Below are positions 58,949-64,000 of a DNA stretch of 64,000 bases, piece by piece; position 1 is the first letter of the stretch; every line of letters starts with the position of its first letter. Source of the stretch: Patescibacteria group bacterium (GTDB lineage: Bacteria; Patescibacteriota; UBA1384; JBBRAU01); the NCBI GenBank assembly GCA_038206475.1, contig JBBRAU010000001.1:3317-67316 (forward strand), in the 5' to 3' direction. The notes beneath the pieces are model-generated. The model made no database searches, was not told the DNA's origin, and was given only the letters and a program-made list of their open reading frames with translations. A program made the translations under genes and the position numbers.

Positions 58949-59416
58949 GTGGTCGAACCAACCGAGCTAACCTGGGAAGCGCCGCCGTTCGTCATATACG
59001 AGCGCGGCAAGTACTGGCGCGCCGCCATGATCGGCGGTTTCGTACTGATGGGCGCCATTATTGGCTTAATGCGGCTCTATATTCCAGCCATCGTCATCGC
59101 TTTGGGCGGCTTAGCCTTAGTAGTCCAAGTGGCCGAAAAGGCGCACCCGATGCTCGTGACGTTAACGGAAACTGAAGCCCATTTTGGCCGACGCCGGCTG
59201 CCCTACCGCGAACTCAAGCGATTCTTTATTTTGAGCGTCGAAGAGCCAGTGCTTTTTTTGGAGCCGAAGCGCGTCGGTGGTCTGCCGCACTCCGTGGTTA
59301 TCAGCGAACATGATCCTCTTGAAATTGAGCACTTTCTCCGTCATTATTTGCCGGAGGCCAAGGAAAATATGGAAACTGGTTTTTTGCGCCTCAATCGCCT
59401 GATCGGTTTTTCTTAA
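58949..59416 (+). CDS. Two-TM hypothetical protein with a PH-like C-terminus
   Basis: LTWEAP..YER...W pattern; TAGACT 6 nt before GTG. Confidence 0.75.
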   Translation: MVEPTELTWEAPPFVIYERGKYWRAAMIGGFVLMGAIIGLMRLYIPAIVIALGGLALVVQVAEKAHPMLVTLTETEAHFGRRRLPYRELKRFFILSVEEPVLFLEPKRVGGLPHSVVISEHDPLEIEHFLRHYLPEAKENMETGFLRLNRLIGFS

Positions 59417-59465
59417 AATTGGGTAGCTGGCAGAGCTTAAATTCAAAATCTAGTACAATTCCAGT

Positions 59466-59963
59466 ATGGAGAATGGCGGGAGAAATCCTAACACGCAATG
59501 CTACGTTTGCGCCAAGCCAATCTATAAGCGCCCCTGGGAATTGCAACGCTACAAGTCCGTTTATTGTTCGCTGGCCTGCTATCATTCGACGATCAGACCG
59601 ATATCAAAACGTTGCCCTATTTGCCAGCAGGATTTTAAGCCCTGGAGGCCGATTGCCAAAACCTGTTCTCGAAGTTGCGCTAACATATCTCGCCGTGGAG
59701 GCAAATATTCCAAAGAGTCCTGTGGCAATTACTCCCGCCACAATCTAGAAACACTGAAGTTGGCCTTTGACTTTCAGGAATGCATGATTGTCGGCTGCAG
59801 TTACAAGAAGACGTTCGACATTCATCGCTTGATCTCCGGCAAATCCGGCGGTAAATACGAAATTGGCAACATGTATGCCATCTGTCCCGATCATCACGCG
59901 GAAGTTTCACGTGGATCAATTGCGCTGGAGAAAATAGCTGACGATCAACTGCGAATTATGTAG
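59466..59963 (+). CDS. HNH endonuclease with N-terminal Cys-rich Zn fingers
   Basis: CYVC..YCS..C, CPIC..TCS..C; C..GC, DIH, GG...GN..ICPDHH. Confidence 0.8.
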   Translation: MENGGRNPNTQCYVCAKPIYKRPWELQRYKSVYCSLACYHSTIRPISKRCPICQQDFKPWRPIAKTCSRSCANISRRGGKYSKESCGNYSRHNLETLKLAFDFQECMIVGCSYKKTFDIHRLISGKSGGKYEIGNMYAICPDHHAEVSRGSIALEKIADDQLRIM

Positions 59964-59966
59964 CCC

Positions 59967-60051
59967 GGAGGGTAGTGCGAGTGGCTCGCAACTGGTCTTG
60001 AAAACCAGACCGGCCGCAAGGCTGAAGGTTCGATTCCTTTACCCTCCGCCA
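59967..60051 (+). tRNA. tRNA-Ser(TGA), probable 8/4 non-canonical fold
   Basis: GGAGGGTA/TACCCTCC-G-CCA; T arm AAGG-TTCGATT-CCTT; D arm TGCGAG-TGG-CTCGCA; variable arm CGGCC-GCAA-GGCTG. Confidence 0.88.
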
Positions 60052-60109
60052 ACATGTCATAGAGACACAGCGGCGGGCGAATAAGCCCGTTTTTCGGTAC
60101 ACTACAGCT

Positions 60110-61735
60110 ATGACAGCGCCAGCCACTACCCAACTAGAGTCGCGGGCAACCAGTCTGCAAGCAGAGCAGGCTGAGGCCGCCGCCCGGGCCCGGGCCGAGC
60201 AACTCGGTTTGCCGTATGCCTTTTTGGTGGACTATCCCGCTTTGCCGGATATTCTCCACCTCGCTGATCCAGCTCTGGTCGACTCGGCCCATCTACTGCC
60301 GTACCTGCGAGCCGAAGGCGTCATACGGGTAGCCACTGACCTGCCGCTGTCGGCAGAGCAAAAGCAAGCGCTACTTGATTGGGCCACAAGCCGCAGCGTC
60401 AAACCACAACTCATTTTAGTCTCACCAGCTAGTTTTTTAAGTCTGAAGCGTCTGTACAGTCTGCCAAACAACCGAGCAGCCGCCATCAACCCTACCGGCG
60501 AGATTAATGCCTCCGCCTCACTTCGGGCCATCCATTCGCTGTCCGAGTATGCCGCCGCTTCAGCTTCAGCCTCAACAACCAGTCTGCTTGATGTACTGCT
60601 TGCGGGCGCCGAAACGTTGCGCGCCTCCGACATCCACTTTGAACCAACCGCCGGCGACGTCACTATCCGGCTCAGGATTGACGGTGTCCTTCACCCGGCC
60701 GCCCATTTAACGAAGCCGCAGTACCACTCACTGGTTTCGCGCATGAAACTGCTAGCCAAGATGAAAATTGACCTAACGCACGGGCCGCAAGACGGCCGGT
60801 TTAGTTTTTCGACGGCCGGACACGAGCTTGATCTGCGCCTAGCAACCTTGCCGACCATTTACGGCGAGGGGATTACCATTCGGTTGCTTGAGGCCGGCGG
60901 CTCAATGAAAAAACTGTCCGAGTTGGGTTTTCGGCCAGATTTGCTGACCAAAATGAAGCAGGCATTAACCGAGCCGTACGGCATGGTGCTGCTCACCGGG
61001 CCAACCGGCTCCGGCAAAACCAGCGCCCTGTATGCTATGCTCGCGGAGCTGTCATCGGATGAAAAAAAGATAATGACTCTGGAGGACCCGGTTGAGTACC
61101 GCTTGCCGGGCATTATCCAGAGCCAGGTTGAGCCGGCCAACAAGTTTACCTTTGCCTCTGGGCTACGCGGCGCCCTACGCCAAGACCCGGATATTTTAAT
61201 GGTCGGCGAAATTCGCGACTTGGATACGGCCGAAATTGCCGTCAATGCCTCACTAACTGGCCACCTGCTGCTGTCCACGCTGCACACCAACAGCGCGCCA
61301 GCCACCTTGGCCAGGCTGCTCAACTTAGGCGTGCCGCCGTACCTGTTGGCCGGGGCCATTAACCTGATCGTAGCTGAGCGCTTGGTGCGCAAATTATGTG
61401 ATACATGTGCTAAGCCGGCACCCATTAAGCCGGAAATTGCCGCCCTGCTCAAGCGTTACTTCCCGAAGCAGCCGACGCCAACAACGCTGCTGCAGGCAGT
61501 TGGCTGCCCAGTTTGTGCCCAAACCGGCTACCTTGGCCGCACCCCGATTGCCGAGGTACTCACGCCTAGCCCGGCCATTGAGCGTGAAGTGATGCACCAG
61601 GCGACTATTGCCGATTTTACTAAAATTGCCATCCAAGAGGGCCTGGTGCCGATGGAGCAGGACGGTTTTTGGCTGGTCTACCTAGGCGTGACCACGCCTG
61701 AGGAGATTTGGCGCGTTACGCGTGAAGATACTTGA
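60110..61735 (+). CDS. Type IV pilus assembly ATPase (PilB/GspE family)
   Basis: ASDIHFEP, GPTGSGKT, LEDPVEY, RQDPDILMVGEIRD, two CxxC. Confidence 0.95.
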   Translation: MTAPATTQLESRATSLQAEQAEAAARARAEQLGLPYAFLVDYPALPDILHLADPALVDSAHLLPYLRAEGVIRVATDLPLSAEQKQALLDWATSRSVKPQLILVSPASFLSLKRLYSLPNNRAAAINPTGEINASASLRAIHSLSEYAAASASASTTSLLDVLLAGAETLRASDIHFEPTAGDVTIRLRIDGVLHPAAHLTKPQYHSLVSRMKLLAKMKIDLTHGPQDGRFSFSTAGHELDLRLATLPTIYGEGITIRLLEAGGSMKKLSELGFRPDLLTKMKQALTEPYGMVLLTGPTGSGKTSALYAMLAELSSDEKKIMTLEDPVEYRLPGIIQSQVEPANKFTFASGLRGALRQDPDILMVGEIRDLDTAEIAVNASLTGHLLLSTLHTNSAPATLARLLNLGVPPYLLAGAINLIVAERLVRKLCDTCAKPAPIKPEIAALLKRYFPKQPTPTTLLQAVGCPVCAQTGYLGRTPIAEVLTPSPAIEREVMHQATIADFTKIAIQEGLVPMEQDGFWLVYLGVTTPEEIWRVTREDT

Positions 61736-61798
61736 CATTTCATATGTAACCTGACATAAATAGAGCATCACTGCGCATCTTCCTGAAAGGAGATCATT

Positions 61799-62539
61799 AT
61801 GCGCACCGCTCTTTTAATTTTTGTCCTCCTGGTTGTGCCCGGGTTCGCCCGGGCCAACGAGGTGCCGGATGTCGGCCCTTCCGGCGCCTCCGCGCCGGCC
61901 AGCCAGTCGGCCATAACAGCAACGGAGCCGGTGCAACCGGCTTCCTTGCCCGCATCACTCCGACCGGAGCTGGCCTTTATGGGCTGGCAGACGGCCACTA
62001 CGGCGTCTGGAGACGTCATTGAAGCGGATCTTTATCCGCTCCGAAAGGCGGAAATCCGCCTAGTGCTGTCCGGACGGGGGCACTCAGTATATGAGCTGAC
62101 CCCTATGCACAAGCCGACGCCCGAGTCGGCCTGGCGGGCGCTGGAACGGCGTTTCCCCACGCCGGCCAGCCGACCGAAGTATCTGGTCTTTGTCGAGAAA
62201 ATCGACAGTCGACCAGAGACAGTCCGGGCGGGTGGCGGACTATCGCTGTCCATCCCCGTCACCCGCAAGGGCCGGACAGACACCATTGATCTGTCTGGAG
62301 GCAGGTCGTCGTTCAAACGACGAATGGTGACCTGCCTCGTACAGGTGAGCAACGCCTCAGGCCAGACGGTTTATCAAAAAACCGTCACCGCCCTCTGGAG
62401 CGAAACGTTTGTATCGTTCCAGGCCAGTGGCCTCTCCCTGCAAGCATCATGGGAGCGGCATCGCACCAGGATGAGCGAACCTGAATTCGTTCGCAAGATG
62501 ACCTCGGAATTGTTTTCCGAGATGCCTCCCCTCCGCTAG
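61799..62539 (+). CDS. Secreted hypothetical protein
   Basis: Signal peptide; SD AAGGAG; own TTGACA promoter and terminator (about 62560-62584). Confidence 0.7.
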   Translation: MRTALLIFVLLVVPGFARANEVPDVGPSGASAPASQSAITATEPVQPASLPASLRPELAFMGWQTATTASGDVIEADLYPLRKAEIRLVLSGRGHSVYELTPMHKPTPESAWRALERRFPTPASRPKYLVFVEKIDSRPETVRAGGGLSLSIPVTRKGRTDTIDLSGGRSSFKRRMVTCLVQVSNASGQTVYQKTVTALWSETFVSFQASGLSLQASWERHRTRMSEPEFVRKMTSELFSEMPPLR

Positions 62540-62591
62540 CGCGGAAGGAGACAACATTTACTCCGGCTCAAGCCGGAGTTTTTATTACTCG

Positions 62592-63302
62592 TTAACAGCC
62601 ACGTTCTGGATCTAGGGAAAAATCACAATTGGCCGGTGTGTCGGATCCCGTTGTTTGTCCACCAGTGGAGGTGGCGGGCTGAGTATTAGTTTGCGATGCA
62701 TTACACCCCTCTGGATGAAGTTCAACGTCACAAGAAGTCCCGCTGCCGCTGCCTGTTGTTGTACCGGGGCAATTAGTAGTGCCTTCCGGACACGCACTGG
62801 TCCCGGTGTTGGTTGTAGTATCAGCTGTTGGCAGGGAGGGCGCACTGGTGGGGCTGGCGGATGACTTGGGGGGGGTTGCGTGAGGCGTGGGGCTGGCGCT
62901 CGGCTGGCTTGTCGCTGATCGGCTCGAGCCGTTACCGCAGACCTTTGTATCAACATCGCAAAATACCGGTGGTGCGGTTGAAGTCGAGCCGCTCTGCAAG
63001 AAGGTTGAGTTGGGGTTAAGCAAGTCGTTGATGACAAAATTCACCAGTACCCAAGCCAGGGCAATGATAATAATACCGATTATGGCGTTTAGGATTGTTT
63101 TTTTGGCGTTTTCGGCGCCATCACCGGTGCCCGCGGTTAAGTATTGGAAACCGGCATACAAGAAATAGACAAAGGCAACAATGCCGGCGACACCAAGGAA
63201 AATGTTGATAAAATGGTCAAGCAGTGAAAACAAATCACCCTGGTAAGGGTTGATTTGTTTTATATCACTGACCGACGCGGCCAAGGCTACGCCAGAGAAC
63301 AA
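62592..63302 (-). CDS. CPR-type pilin-like protein with a Ser/Thr-rich, Cys-pair tail
   Basis: AGIVAFVYFLYAGFQYLTAG..AKKTILNAIIGIIII; in frame with the upstream pilin across one TAA; start uncertain. Confidence 0.75.
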   Translation of the reverse strand: MFSGVALAASVSDIKQINPYQGDLFSLLDHFINIFLGVAGIVAFVYFLYAGFQYLTAGTGDGAENAKKTILNAIIGIIIIALAWVLVNFVINDLLNPNSTFLQSGSTSTAPPVFCDVDTKVCGNGSSRSATSQPSASPTPHATPPKSSASPTSAPSLPTADTTTNTGTSACPEGTTNCPGTTTGSGSGTSCDVELHPEGCNASQTNTQPATSTGGQTTGSDTPANCDFSLDPERGC

Positions 63303-63338
63303 TTTTACCTTCTCTACTATTGTCTGGGGAGCGCCAGC

Positions 63339-63794
63339 TTATGAACTGAAATTACCGTTGTCTATTGTATCGTTAGTCTTTTCTAAACTGTTATTTGACG
63401 ATTTGGGCTGGAGAGAGTTACCAACCGTCCGCAAAACAAAACGCAGGAAGGCATAGGACAGCGCAATAATGATGATACCAATAATGGCGTTGGTGATACG
63501 TTTGCGTCCGGCTTCAGCCTTGGTGTCATCTGAGCCTGCTGTTAAGTACTCAAAACCGCCAAAGAGGAAGTAGATAAAGGCCACTAGGCCAGCCACCAAT
63601 AAGAACAGATTAACGGCCCGCAAGGCAATGCTGTTAAAATCTGAACCCGTAGCGCCGATTAATGGAATGCTTAAGTTACCAATATTGAAACTGCTGCCGT
63701 CTGTGACCGCCGCCTGGGCATGTGGAATAATCAGAAATACCGCCGCTAGGCCTGCCACCGCACCGATGGAAGCAAGAGTGCTTCGCTTTACCAT
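63339..63794 (-). CDS. CPR-type pilin-like protein
   Basis: Signal peptide; AGLVAFIYFLFGGFEYLTAG..GRKRITNAIIGIIII; SD GGAGG; promoter TTGACA..TAGACT. Confidence 0.85.
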   Translation of the reverse strand: MVKRSTLASIGAVAGLAAVFLIIPHAQAAVTDGSSFNIGNLSIPLIGATGSDFNSIALRAVNLFLLVAGLVAFIYFLFGGFEYLTAGSDDTKAEAGRKRITNAIIGIIIIALSYAFLRFVLRTVGNSLQPKSSNNSLEKTNDTIDNGNFSS

Positions 63795-63854
63795 GATTCC
63801 TCCTTCAGGAAGTGTTTACTATCTACTCTTAGTCTAAGGGGTTCCAGGCTAGTG

Positions 63855-64000
63855 TCAAGCTGCATTGCCTGCCTTAATAAACTGCCCGTCTGGCGAGAGC
63901 TCAATAAAATGTTGATAGCCGCTGCACTGGTTAGCGGGCTCGCCGTCCCCGGCGGTCCGTGGGTTGTGGGCAATATCCAGCGCCCAGTTGCCGGCGATAG
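63855..64000 (-). CDS. Hypothetical protein, C-terminal part (enters from window edge)
   Basis: Manual translation ...IAGNWALDIAHNPRTAGDGEPANQCSGYQHFIELSPDGQFIKAGNAA-stop. Confidence 0.6.
   Translation of the reverse strand, partial: IAGNWALDIAHNPRTAGDGEPANQCSGYQHFIELSPDGQFIKAGNAA

Noticed and set aside
59967-60051. tRNA-Sec
   Set aside because: The anticodon is TGA (Ser), not TCA; the acceptor/T branch is 12 bp, not 13; no sel genes are in the window.
19224-63341. Genome-wide stop-codon reassignment
   Set aside because: TAG, TAA and TGA all end well-conserved genes here, and the two in-frame stops are different codons.

Overview
This is a 64-kb bacterial chromosome segment (genetic code 11). 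Its gene content suggests a Patescibacteria/CPR organism, which is an inference. It carries replication, translation and chaperone genes (dnaB, dnaX, dnaE, ssb, rpsF/rpsR, rplS, rpmA, efp, gltX, ychF, groESL), undecaprenyl-phosphate and glycosylation genes, PilB and CPR-type pilins, and almost no biosynthetic metabolism. Many core genes appear leaderless. Small orphan cassettes, each with its own promoter, SD and terminator, are scattered between them, and several of these are decaying. The most striking locus is 10079-11297, which holds two tandem leaderless leader-peptide attenuators. The first has a Leu-codon cluster and controls a small ORF plus a non-canonical tRNA with a Leu (GAG) anticodon, a 5-bp D-stem and no long variable arm. 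Other notable elements are an 8/4-type tRNA-Ser(TGA) next to a free-standing HNH endonuclease, a DnaE intein carrying a PD-(D/E)xK nuclease, an HU-like domain fused to an apparently inactive PilB-type ATPase, a candidate dif site and several structured non-coding elements. All calls come from reading the sequence by eye; no searches or folding programs were run.
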